Virus record (IMG/VR): IMGVR_UViG_3300027985_000918
Location: 338,384-402,383 of that record
Reading direction: 5' to 3' (one strand)
DNA length: 64,000 nucleotides
Position 1 is the stretch's first letter. Each line of letters opens with the position of its first letter. The position numbers and the translations under genes are program-made. Below the pieces are notes generated by a model. The model did not search any database, was not told the origin of the DNA, and saw nothing but the letters and a program-made list of their open reading frames with translations. This document shows, piece by piece, positions 46,074 through 54,787 of this stretch.

Positions 46074-46611
46074 TGTTACCCCGGGTCTTGATCTTGGCCG
46101 CATCCGCAGCCTGCTTGATGCCTTCCAGTACCCCCCGGAGCTGTTCGGCCTGCTGGCCCAGCACCTCGATCTGAGAGAGGTCAGCGTTGGCAACAGACTC
46201 CCGCATCTTCGCCACGTCCACCACAGGAGCAGCGGCGAGCCGGGCATGATGCCCCTCCAAAAGAGGGAGGGGCAGCTTCTTCAACACTCCATCGAATTGG
46301 CGCACCGACCAGATCCCCTGGTCGGTAACCAGCACCCCCTCCGCCTTGACGGAAAGCATCCGGAGGCGGTGCTCCGGGATGTGGTGCTCTACAGGGCAAT
46401 CCCCCCGGCCCTGCCAAAGGCAGCTCCCGTACCCCCACTTGGAATCGTCCAAACCCCCCGGAGGAACGTAATGGAAGGCGATGTTGATGTGCTGTCCCAG
46501 CAATGGACGCAGGAGGTCCACGATGGGGGTGGGTTCCCCCTCAGAACCCTGGATACTGAGGGTTCCGTTGTGCTGTAGGACGATGCCCTCGGCGAGAACG
46601 ATATTGAGCAT
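46066..46611 (-). CDS. Hypothetical protein (181 aa)
   Basis: GAGGTG RBS; small overlap with the recD2 start. Confidence 0.55.
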   Translation of the reverse strand: MLNIVLAEGIVLQHNGTLSIQGSEGEPTPIVDLLRPLLGQHINIAFHYVPPGGLDDSKWGYGSCLWQGRGDCPVEHHIPEHRLRMLSVKAEGVLVTDQGIWSVRQFDGVLKKLPLPLLEGHHARLAAAPVVDVAKMRESVANADLSQIEVLGQQAEQLRGVLEGIKQAADAAKIKTRGNNG

Positions 46612-46669
46612 GGATCACCTCTTCAGTCGAGGACTACTACCCTTCTGAAGAGGTGTTTAGGCGGGTAGG

Positions 46670-49600
46670 CTACTTCTTCAACGCCCAGGGAAGCTGGCAG
46701 GACTCCCCGGAGCAGAACTTATCCTCGGACTCCACATCGTGGGTCCCTTCGTCAAAGTTCAGCGGCTTGATCCCCGACATCATACGGTGGTAGGTAGCCT
46801 CGTTGATGGTCTCGTAGGGAGCCTGCACATACCCGTGAGTCTTGAGGGGCAGCATCGAAATGGACTTAAGCTGATCCTCGAACGCCTCCAAGCAACGGGG
46901 GATTTCGGACACCTCTTCCGAACTGAAGGTCACCGTCACTGAGACCTGGTTGTCAGCCCAGTGCTTCTGGAGAGCAGCGGCCAGAGAGAACTGCTCCCAG
47001 ATGCTAACCTCGTCTTTGGCTCGGTCGAAGTTCTTCTCATGGACCGGGAACTCAATGACGCTGGTGTCGTCGGCGTAGTGGTCCGCCTCGACCGTGTACC
47101 CCGCCTCACGAGCCGCCTTGATGAGGGTGCTCGTGTTGGAGAGCCGGATGCGGCGGATGTAGAACTCGGAGTGAGGGAAGTGGATGCCTGGAGTCGCCCC
47201 CGCCAACAGACTGACGGTCCCCGACGGCTTGATCGAGGTAGTCTTCTTCGACAGGGGAACCCCCAGCCACTCACTGTAGATGCGATCGAGATCCCGAATG
47301 TACTCGTACCCGTCGTCACACCAGTTCAGGAACTCCCGGTGGCCGAGCTTCTGCCGAGCCTGGGCGATCCCGCTCATGGAGCACCCGATGCGGCGGTTCC
47401 GCTGCATCACCAGGTTGGCACGAGGGTCATGAGTAGGGACCAAGGTGACCGTCTTGGCGTACAGGTACGCCATCTTCAATGTCCGCTTGTAGTCGTCCAT
47501 GTCCGCATGGTGAGCGGGGTAGGTCTCCACAAGATTGCATTGGTATGTCAGCACGTTGCCGAACACACCCATATGGTTCTCGGGCTCATCGAAGCAGTAG
47601 GTCGTATGCAAACCATCCAGCTTTTCGACCTTGACCACCTTCTGTTCCCGAGCCCGGTCGAGGGGCTGTCCTTTCGGGTGTGCATTGTTCATGGTGTAAC
47701 GGTCCCCCAGGGAGGTCAGCACCTTCAGCCGGGTCGGGATCTCGGCACACTCGTAGCTGGGGATCGTAAGATAGTAGAGGTCATAGTTCCGGGTGCCGTA
47801 GTTGGTCTCGGCCCCCGCCTCAGCGAACATCCGAAGGCTGGCATGATTGACACCCACTCGCCGGAGAAGAAGCTGGGCGTCACGCAGCTTGGCCTCGGAA
47901 CCATACAGTCGGAACCCTTCCGCCACCGAACCGGCATTGGTGATGCTGCCATCGGCCTCGATCCACCCTGCCATGAATTCCAGAATGGAGCCCCTGTCCA
48001 TGCGGAGAATGTCCGGTGCCAGACCGGAGGTCTTGGACCGGAGGGACTCCGCAACATTCACCGGGAGGATGCCCTTCAGATTGAGGCGGTTGACCGGGTC
48101 CGTGTACCCCTCGACGATCTGCGGCTTGTGCCATGTGCCGTGGACGTCGAGATCCATGAGCTTGGCCTTTTCCCCGCAGATGGCGACCATCGGGTAGGTG
48201 TAGCCCCCCTCCCGATCCAGGTAGCCACCCCCTGCAAAAAGCCCCCACTCAAAAGCCGCCACGTTGTGCTCGCCGTCGATGGGGGCGTCGATGTCGAAGG
48301 AAATGACCTGACTGCCCTTGGTAAGCTCTGCCGTCTCAACTCGGCGGAATACACGCTTTCCGACCGGCTTGACGTGCCACCCGTGGTTCCCCGTGCAGTC
48401 CAGGTATGAACCGTCGGACAAATGGACCCGGAACAACTCCCGGCCCTCCCCCGTCACCCGAGGGGTCACCGTAGACCAGCCATCGCCATTCCAAATGTCC
48501 ACAGACTCTCCGGCCAGCTCGGAGATGGCCTGAATCCCTCGGCGGTGCTGGATGTAAGTGTCCGAACTCACACACAATTCAAAGGATTCGAGCGATTGCT
48601 CGCCGCAGGGATTCGTGCCCAGAATGCGGTGGTCTCGCCCATCCGGAGGGTCCCCCATGCGTCCGTACTGGCGGGCGTTGTCCAGCCAGAAGATGCCGGG
48701 CTCACCGTTGGCAGCGATTCGGGAGGCAACCGAGGTGTAGTCCATGCCGGGGTAGCCAAACACGCTGTTGTTCGACGCCCATCGGCGATCATTCAGGGGG
48801 TGAGCCTGGATGGCCTGCTCAACCTCACCCAGCTCCTCCTCCCACTGACCAATCTGGAAGTCCCCAGGGTTCTTCTCGATCAGGTTCCGCAACTCACTCT
48901 CTCGGGCGTACAGGGGAAGCAAGTCCGCATTGGACTTGAGGTTGATGAACTTCTCGTCGGAAGCCTGGCCGAACATAATCTCGGCGGTGTTGTGGACGAG
49001 ATAACCCCCCTGAACCACGAACTCACCGGCCTCCACCGAGATATCGTAAGTCTCATCCTCCCGCACCCGATGTTCGACGTAAATGACCTCTACGGGCACC
49101 AGCACCACATCCTGCCCCGTCAGGTCTTCCAGTCGGGCAATAGTGATCTGCCGGGAGGACCGGGACCACCGCATTTGACCGTCCTTCCACCCGCTAACCC
49201 CACCATCCAGCGCCATCTGCGAGGGGAACCCGTAATCGTACTGAGAACGGGAGGACTCCCGAGTCTCAGTGAACTTCAACGAGTGCGAGGCGACCTTTCG
49301 CTGAAACCCCGCCAACGCCTTCTCACCGACGACCGTGAGGTGAAAAAGAGGCTGCCAACCGTTCGTCTCACGGCTCTTGTCCTTGTGAAGCTGAAACCGG
49401 CTCGGAACACCCAACGAGGCCAACACCGCTTGGACCCCCTCCAAAAAAGAGGGGTACACGCTGGCAGCCACCACCAGAGGACGGTTCTTGATGGACCCGT
49501 CCGCATCCATCAAACCGGCCACGAACGCAGCCCGAACTTCGGGCAAACCCCGAAGGACGATGTCGGGAACCTCCAAGGTCGTCTTGGGCTGCTTGAACTG

Positions 49601-51148
49601 ACCCAGGAACTCCGCCAACTGCTTCGACTTGACCCGCACTTTAAAGCACTGGTCCCCATCACGGGGATCTTGGACGGTGACGTTCACCCCGAACCGCTGA
49701 AGACAGGACATCGCCCGTGCGGCGATGTCGCCCTGATCCCCGGCCACGGCGATGGACACCTCCTTGTCGTTGACGTACCCGTCCCCCTGGAACAACCCCA
49801 ACAGCCACGCCATCTCGGCATCCAGCTTTGGGATGGTGATGTTCGTACAAGTTGTGGAGCCCAAGGGCGAGGCGTAGTTATACGACGGAAACTCGGTGGC
49901 GACCCCCTCAATGAGCCGGTCCACGAAAACCATCCGGTCCCCCGGCTCCAACTCGTGCAGCTTTTTCCACGAATACCCGCCACTCACGTCAGAGATCACG
50001 GCGATCTTGTGCTTATCCGTCGCCTCGAAGACCCCCATCTGGGTAACGACCTGACTGATTGGCTGAACCCCCTGCTCCACCCAATCGGTGACCCGGCTCA
50101 ACCCCTGGGATGTCATCACCTGAGAACCCACCTTCACCTTCTCAATAGGCACCAACCCCTCTGCCGTATGAACAAGGGTGCCCGCCGGAAGGCAACGACG
50201 AACCCCCCCGGCCACCACACACTTCCCGATGAAGTTGAACACGTCTACGATCTGATCGGACTGGATGCGGTAGGGCTTACCCTGGCCCTCGAACAGCACC
50301 TTGATCTCGTCGATGTCCGTGGGGTTGCCATCCCACCCCTCCCGCTGGGCCCCGTTGGGCTCGACCGTCCGGAACTTGACGGTAACCCCCTCGGGCAGCA
50401 GAAGACGGGTAACCCCCTCGACCAACCGCTTCAGGGGGGCGGCGCCGGAAGCGATCCCACCAAAGCCGAGGATGGCAGTTCCCCGAGGACGAACCTTCGT
50501 GTAGTCGATGGTGAGGGGGAACTGACCACGACCCACGAAGCTGTTCAGGACGGTGCGAGCCAGCTCGACCCAGCCCTCACGGCTGTCCTCCACGAGAAAC
50601 GGGGTGTCCGTCGTCTTGGGGGTCTGGATTCGGGCCTTCCCCTCACCACGGGTGTCCCCGCCTACCCCGACCCCCAGCATAGACATGTCCATGAGGAACG
50701 TGAAAGGGGCGGCGAACTCCTGGTCAATGTCCTTCGTGCTGACGAAAGCGCAGTTTTGCAGAGCGGCAGCCCCCTTGTCGTAGATGAGGTCAGTCCCCAT
50801 CATCCAGAGCCCACGGCCCGGGGGCGTCCATTTGAAGTCCCAGAGCCGCTGGAACATGTCCTGGGCGCTCTTCTGGGCCTTGGGTTCGTTCCACATCAAC
50901 CCCATCGTCAGGCAGTGGTCCTTCTGGATGTTGAAACACCCTTCGACCACCCGCTGGCATGTCTGCCAGAACTCTTCGGTTGTCCCGTCCGAGAGTGTCC
51001 GGGCATATGTGCGCTTGTACGTGAAGTACCCGAGGCCTCCGAAGCCCCACTCCGGCTGCTTCCCCTGGAATTGCTCCAAGAAACCTTGGCTCAGCTTGAA
51101 CGCTCGCACCTTTCTGTCGGTCACGGGGGGGTTGGGATTGAAAATCAT
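46670..51148 (-). CDS. nrdJ: Class II (adenosylcobalamin-dependent, monomeric-type) ribonucleotide reductase with two inteins
   Basis: YKRTYAR, PPGRGLW, NCAFVS, GGVRR|TAEI, ASNNSV, GEPG, NPCGEQ..EL|CNLVE, RRIGCS, KPSGTVS, C-terminal CSGESC; start refined to 51148. Confidence 0.93.
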   Translation of the reverse strand: MIFNPNPPVTDRKVRAFKLSQGFLEQFQGKQPEWGFGGLGYFTYKRTYARTLSDGTTEEFWQTCQRVVEGCFNIQKDHCLTMGLMWNEPKAQKSAQDMFQRLWDFKWTPPGRGLWMMGTDLIYDKGAAALQNCAFVSTKDIDQEFAAPFTFLMDMSMLGVGVGGDTRGEGKARIQTPKTTDTPFLVEDSREGWVELARTVLNSFVGRGQFPLTIDYTKVRPRGTAILGFGGIASGAAPLKRLVEGVTRLLLPEGVTVKFRTVEPNGAQREGWDGNPTDIDEIKVLFEGQGKPYRIQSDQIVDVFNFIGKCVVAGGVRRCLPAGTLVHTAEGLVPIEKVKVGSQVMTSQGLSRVTDWVEQGVQPISQVVTQMGVFEATDKHKIAVISDVSGGYSWKKLHELEPGDRMVFVDRLIEGVATEFPSYNYASPLGSTTCTNITIPKLDAEMAWLLGLFQGDGYVNDKEVSIAVAGDQGDIAARAMSCLQRFGVNVTVQDPRDGDQCFKVRVKSKQLAEFLGQFKQPKTTLEVPDIVLRGLPEVRAAFVAGLMDADGSIKNRPLVVAASVYPSFLEGVQAVLASLGVPSRFQLHKDKSRETNGWQPLFHLTVVGEKALAGFQRKVASHSLKFTETRESSRSQYDYGFPSQMALDGGVSGWKDGQMRWSRSSRQITIARLEDLTGQDVVLVPVEVIYVEHRVREDETYDISVEAGEFVVQGGYLVHNTAEIMFGQASDEKFINLKSNADLLPLYARESELRNLIEKNPGDFQIGQWEEELGEVEQAIQAHPLNDRRWASNNSVFGYPGMDYTSVASRIAANGEPGIFWLDNARQYGRMGDPPDGRDHRILGTNPCGEQSLESFELCVSSDTYIQHRRGIQAISELAGESVDIWNGDGWSTVTPRVTGEGRELFRVHLSDGSYLDCTGNHGWHVKPVGKRVFRRVETAELTKGSQVISFDIDAPIDGEHNVAAFEWGLFAGGGYLDREGGYTYPMVAICGEKAKLMDLDVHGTWHKPQIVEGYTDPVNRLNLKGILPVNVAESLRSKTSGLAPDILRMDRGSILEFMAGWIEADGSITNAGSVAEGFRLYGSEAKLRDAQLLLRRVGVNHASLRMFAEAGAETNYGTRNYDLYYLTIPSYECAEIPTRLKVLTSLGDRYTMNNAHPKGQPLDRAREQKVVKVEKLDGLHTTYCFDEPENHMGVFGNVLTYQCNLVETYPAHHADMDDYKRTLKMAYLYAKTVTLVPTHDPRANLVMQRNRRIGCSMSGIAQARQKLGHREFLNWCDDGYEYIRDLDRIYSEWLGVPLSKKTTSIKPSGTVSLLAGATPGIHFPHSEFYIRRIRLSNTSTLIKAAREAGYTVEADHYADDTSVIEFPVHEKNFDRAKDEVSIWEQFSLAAALQKHWADNQVSVTVTFSSEEVSEIPRCLEAFEDQLKSISMLPLKTHGYVQAPYETINEATYHRMMSGIKPLNFDEGTHDVESEDKFCSGESCQLPWALKK
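47540..48574 (-). mobile_element. Intein 2 in nrdJ (345 aa), Gln-terminal, LAGLIDADG-type endonuclease
   Basis: Starts CVSSDT, ends VLTYQ before extein Cys (CNL); endonuclease motifs GLFAGGG (degenerate) and AGWIEADG. Confidence 0.88.
48989..50194 (-). mobile_element. Intein 1 in nrdJ (402 aa) with LAGLIDADG homing endonuclease
   Basis: Starts CLPAGT, block B TDKH, ends LVHN before extein Thr; LGLFQGDG and AGLMDADG motifs. Confidence 0.93.
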
Positions 51149-51216
51149 GTTGTCTCCATCTGGCGAACAGTACACCGCCAGGTCAAACGGGTGTCATGTG
51201 GTGACCCTGAGGCAAC

Positions 51217-51245
51217 AAAAGCCCGAGGGTCTAGCCGACGGGCTT
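51217..51245 (-). terminator. Possible terminator between holA and nrdJ
   Basis: GCCCG/CGGGC stem with imperfect extension, followed by TTTTG on the minus strand. Confidence 0.45.
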
Positions 51246-51312
51246 CGTGGGGATGACCTGCGTCCCATCTTGCTCGGGGCTATCAGTTCTCTACCGGGCA
51301 GCGAGGATTCCC

Positions 51313-52272
51313 TCAGCACACCTCCAACAATCGGGCGGTGAGGCCAACCCAGGGTGAGATATGTCCGCTCAGCACGGCTCTTTCCGAAACGGCCAGGGCC
51401 TTGATGAGCTTGATGAGGTCCCTCTGCCCCCAGTGCTTGGCTACAGGGAGGATGTTGGTTTTGAAATGCCAGGGGTTGATCCCCAGTTCTTCTGCCGCCG
51501 CTGCCGGAGGAAGCTCCGATAGGTTGGCCGCCTGGAACCACTGCATGGCCCGGCCCCCCAGAATACGACAAAGCCCCATCGTGGGGTCTGTCCTGCTGGT
51601 GGACTTGATGCGGGAAAGGGCTCGGACCAACTTCTTGCGATTCCGGGCGGCCAGGGCGTTTGCCACAGGATCAAATGAGGCTTCGGAAAGCTCTGCCAAG
51701 GCCCCCTTAACATGGCCGACAGTGATCACGTCTCCTTCCGCTAGGACTGCCATCTTCAGCAGCTCGTAGTGGAGGGTACCCAAATCTGAACCCACCCGTT
51801 CCACGATGGCACCAGGAAGGCTGGGGTTCTCGAACCGTTTTCCGAACTCCTGCACCTCCTCAGCCACGAACTTCGTGGCGTAAGCGGGGAGGTCCCAGTC
51901 TTTGGGGCGCTCAAAGGAACGATGGGCTTTGTTCAACCCTTTGGTGAACTTGCCCCACTTCGTGTTCCCCTTCGGCTTCCCTTCGTAGTACAGAACCAGA
52001 ACCGTTTCTGGCTTCTTCTCCTTGGAGTGAGCCGTGTACATGTCCAGATCCCCTTTGTCGGGGTTCGAGACCACCACCAGGGTCTGGGACTCATTCATGA
52101 ACATGCCCCCATCCATCGCCTGCCCCACCTGACCAGGCACCCCTGCGTCGGCGTACTCCACGGAGTACCCTTGCTCTTGCATAGCCCCAAGATACCCCTC
52201 CAGGAACCGACGTCGCAAAAAGGGCTCGTTTCCCGAGATAATGCACACAGGGAGGACTTGGGCTCGGCTCAT
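51313..52272 (-). CDS. holA: DNA polymerase III delta subunit-like
   Basis: IISGNEPFLRRRF.., IVERVGSDLGTLHYELLKMAV..ITVGHV, FDPVANAL..RN, LGINPW, SERAVLSG. Confidence 0.8.
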   Translation of the reverse strand: MSRAQVLPVCIISGNEPFLRRRFLEGYLGAMQEQGYSVEYADAGVPGQVGQAMDGGMFMNESQTLVVVSNPDKGDLDMYTAHSKEKKPETVLVLYYEGKPKGNTKWGKFTKGLNKAHRSFERPKDWDLPAYATKFVAEEVQEFGKRFENPSLPGAIVERVGSDLGTLHYELLKMAVLAEGDVITVGHVKGALAELSEASFDPVANALAARNRKKLVRALSRIKSTSRTDPTMGLCRILGGRAMQWFQAANLSELPPAAAAEELGINPWHFKTNILPVAKHWGQRDLIKLIKALAVSERAVLSGHISPWVGLTARLLEVC

Positions 52273-52607
52273 CGAATCTCGTCCATGAACTCGAACCGGA
52301 GCTGCTGGGGGTTCTCTCCCACATACTGCGGCTCAACGAACATCTCCCAGAGGGTTAGCAGATCCTCCGGAGCGTGTGCGATGACATCCCGGAGGTCGAA
52401 AGGCACTGACGTCAGTTCCCCGATGACAGGAAACTGTCGAGACTGGGGGACCATAAGCCAGGTGCGGGCACCGAATTCGGGAAACTGCTGGATCCTCCAC
52501 GGGAACGGATGCCTCGCCTCCAGGTAGTCCTGGTAGTAGAAATGCCCGTCACGGCACTCTTCTCGGATGACAGCGATGCGTTTTTGGATCTCGCTCAGCT
52601 CGGACAT
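52269..52607 (-). CDS. Hypothetical protein (112 aa)
   Basis: Start refined to 52607, 1 nt after the holB stop. Confidence 0.5.
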   Translation of the reverse strand: MSELSEIQKRIAVIREECRDGHFYYQDYLEARHPFPWRIQQFPEFGARTWLMVPQSRQFPVIGELTSVPFDLRDVIAHAPEDLLTLWEMFVEPQYVGENPQQLRFEFMDEIR

Positions 52608-52608
52608 G

Positions 52609-53238
52609 TCACACCTCAGGCAGCAGGGCAGCAACCAGCTCAATGGCCGTAGGGTTTAGGAACTCAGCTACCCTTCGTAGCCGCTCCCACAAAAAGCTGG
52701 CCTCCGGTGTGGGGTTCCCGTGGATGGCCTCAGCCATCACCGCCAGCAACTCATGCTCCCTTCCAGGGAACTGCTTCACCAGTTTCGGGATCTCATAGTA
52801 TCTGTCAGGGGTGAGTGCGGCTCTCACCAAATCTCGGCCCCCCGCCTCCAGCTCATCGTCCATTTCATCGGGGTTGAAGTCGGGGCACCACCGTGGGAGG
52901 CAACGGCTACGGATCGTGGGCCGGACCCCTTCCAGGTCATGTGCCCACAGGACCGCTTTTGTCCACTCGGCGGGTTCCTCGATGATCTTGAGGAAAGCGT
53001 CGTTGACCTTTTCCACCTGGGCGGCCTGCCTGGAGGTCTGGTCCAGGGGACCAACGACAACTACCCCCACGGCCGAGCCGACGGGAGTCGATTTCAGGAG
53101 GGAGACGATCTCTCGGGCTTGATCCATCTTGAGCCCTTCATCTCCGAAGGGAGGAGCCAGAAGACGGCCTTGCTTATGAGCCTCCGCAAGAGCGGCTTGT
53201 CGGGCACCCGGCCCATACATCAACACAGTGGAACCCAT
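52609..53238 (-). CDS. holB: DNA polymerase III delta-prime subunit-like (209 aa)
   Basis: LKMDQAREIV, NDAFLKIIEEPA, VRPTIRSRC; no functional Walker A, as expected for delta-prime. Confidence 0.8.
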   Translation of the reverse strand: MGSTVLMYGPGARQAALAEAHKQGRLLAPPFGDEGLKMDQAREIVSLLKSTPVGSAVGVVVVGPLDQTSRQAAQVEKVNDAFLKIIEEPAEWTKAVLWAHDLEGVRPTIRSRCLPRWCPDFNPDEMDDELEAGGRDLVRAALTPDRYYEIPKLVKQFPGREHELLAVMAEAIHGNPTPEASFLWERLRRVAEFLNPTAIELVAALLPEV

Positions 53239-53322
53239 GCTCGTTTCCTCCCCCCAGGTCTACCCGAGGGGGACAGAAACATACCTACTGGCGGTGGGGG
53301 ATGGTACTACCCTGCGAAATCC

Positions 53323-53541
53323 TCAGTGGGTGAACGACCAGACTCCCCCACAAGTTTCGCATTGGTAGCGGCGCCAGGTTCCCCCTCCCGCTACCAGCGG
53401 GTTGGTCTTGATCAGGGTCATCCGGGCGTATTTGCCCTCGCACCCCTCACGGGCACGGCAAGCCATCCAGACGACGTTCTGATCTTTTCCGGGGGCCGAA
53501 GGCTGGGGTACGAGATTGGGAACTTGAGGTCCATTGCTCAT
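53323..53541 (-). CDS. Small Zn-ribbon protein (72 aa)
   Basis: CRAREGC..CETC; GGGAG RBS. Confidence 0.55.
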   Translation of the reverse strand: MSNGPQVPNLVPQPSAPGKDQNVVWMACRAREGCEGKYARMTLIKTNPLVAGGGTWRRYQCETCGGVWSFTH

Positions 53542-53553
53542 GGTGGGTCTCCC

Positions 53554-54090
53554 TCAGCAGTCGAACTGCGTGTATGTCAAAGGATCGGGAAGATCCGAAC
53601 GGATCACAGGTTCTCCGGGGGCTCCGTGGTCTGAGGTGACGATCACTGCCGGGGAGCCCATCTGCTCATCGGTGGGAAGATACCCGGCGTCCTGGCATCC
53701 CTGGATCAAAGCCTCCGCATAGAAGTCCATCAACGAATCCCACTGGCCTCCCTGGAAGAACGACCGCAGGACGTGGTTCTCGGTGACCGTGATCTTGGTG
53801 GTAGGGACCCCTGTTCTGGTGGGGACCTCTTCGGAGGTCTGAATCTTGAACCGAGCATCTTCCAGAATGGGGACCACCACTTGATGCCAAAGCCCCGACT
53901 CCACCTGCATGGGAAAGTAGGCTTGAAACCTGTTGGCCAAGGAACCTCGGAATTCCAAACTGACCTGCACGAATCTGGAAGGGCCGGCCATCGTGGATTC
54001 GGGAAAATCCAGCACGGCCCGTCCTACCGCCAGGTGCATACAGGCCACCGCCAGCCCCTCGACGAATTTCTTGTGGGTGTCAATCGACAT
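53554..54090 (-). CDS. Hypothetical protein
   Basis: ATG 54090 behind GGAGG. Confidence 0.55.
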   Translation of the reverse strand: MSIDTHKKFVEGLAVACMHLAVGRAVLDFPESTMAGPSRFVQVSLEFRGSLANRFQAYFPMQVESGLWHQVVVPILEDARFKIQTSEEVPTRTGVPTTKITVTENHVLRSFFQGGQWDSLMDFYAEALIQGCQDAGYLPTDEQMGSPAVIVTSDHGAPGEPVIRSDLPDPLTYTQFDC

Positions 54091-54102
54091 CACGGCCTCC
54101 AC

Positions 54103-54256
54103 CCTCAGAAGTTCCAGAGGAAGACTACCGAAAAGTTTCAGAACGCAACAGTGAGGGCGGAAGTTTGCTCTGGACTGAAACTTTCGCCCCCTGAAAGTTC
54201 CTCAAGGGCAAAGTTTTGCCCCTGAAAGTTTGGTGTGCCCAAACTTCGGGCACACC
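54103..54256. repeat. Intergenic array of eight AASTT boxes with GC-rich inverted repeats
   Basis: AAGTT or AACTT at 54109, 54133, 54161, 54179, 54195, 54211, 54226, 54242; perfect 9-bp stem ggtgtgccc/gggcacacc (54232-54256). Confidence 0.65.
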
Positions 54257-54428
54257 CCACCTATACCATAGCTGGGTTGACGGCTACCGTAAGGGCTGCC
54301 TACGTATGGGGAGCATCCTCAGTAGGATCTGTAGGAGGCTCAGTTGTTGGGGCTCTACGAGTTTTCGTATCGCTTTCGGGATCTGGTGTAGTTACGGTCG
54401 TCCTTCGGACTCCCTGGGAGCATTGATC

Positions 54429-54731
54429 CTACTGATCCATCCTAATGCTCTCCCGGAAGGTTTCCCCGAAGGACGAAGAGGGCTGCCTGAACCCCAGGCA
54501 TCCGAACCGCCTGGGAGACTCCCTCTCGGGGCCATACCTCCTGTCGGAGGGGTAGGCCACGCCGAGGCTGACCTTCCCACCCGAGGGGTCGTTCGGGACC
54601 CGCAGGGTGGGAACTAGTGGTTCAAAGACCATGCGACCTGGCGGCGTCCTGCACAGCTCAACGGCTTCCGCTCTGGTTTCCCAGTTGCCCAGGGGGATGA
54701 CCCAGGCACACCCCCAGTAGGGGGAGGTCAC
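54429..54731 (-). CDS. Possible hypothetical protein (100 aa)
   Basis: GTG-start ORF in a gap; no motif or clear RBS. Confidence 0.25.
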   Translation of the reverse strand: MTSPYWGCAWVIPLGNWETRAEAVELCRTPPGRMVFEPLVPTLRVPNDPSGGKVSLGVAYPSDRRYGPERESPRRFGCLGFRQPSSSFGETFRESIRMDQ

Positions 54732-54787
54732 GGCGACTATACCCGAAAAGTGAAGGGTGGGGAACGGGGAAGATCGAAACCGGGGGA

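Noticed and set aside
46074-46247. N-terminal extensions in the supplied ORF track (recD2, dnaN, primase, nucleotidyltransferase and others)
   Set aside because: They overlap upstream genes and lack an RBS; downstream starts with an RBS or stop-start coupling were used instead.
48422-51256. Long plus-strand ORFs (944 aa here; also 2347-3825, 4014-5123, 20655-22106, 38173-39486, 54812-56332 and others)
   Set aside because: They lie antisense to well-supported minus-strand genes, have no motifs or RBS, and are expected from high GC at third codon positions.
51149-51312. NrdR box or cobalamin riboswitch upstream of the class II RNR
   Set aside because: No match to either consensus that I can recognise; the gap holds only a terminator-like hairpin.
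54103-54256. AASTT array as a mini-CRISPR
   Set aside because: The units are 5-13 bp with about 16-bp spacing, far from CRISPR repeat and spacer dimensions.
54300-54731. In-frame TAG at 54429-54431 followed by 42 Thr/Pro-rich codons, suggesting stop-codon recoding or readthrough
   Set aside because: TAG ends clearly complete genes here (nrdJ at 46670, sbcD at 37118), so the code is standard; the ORF itself is doubtful.
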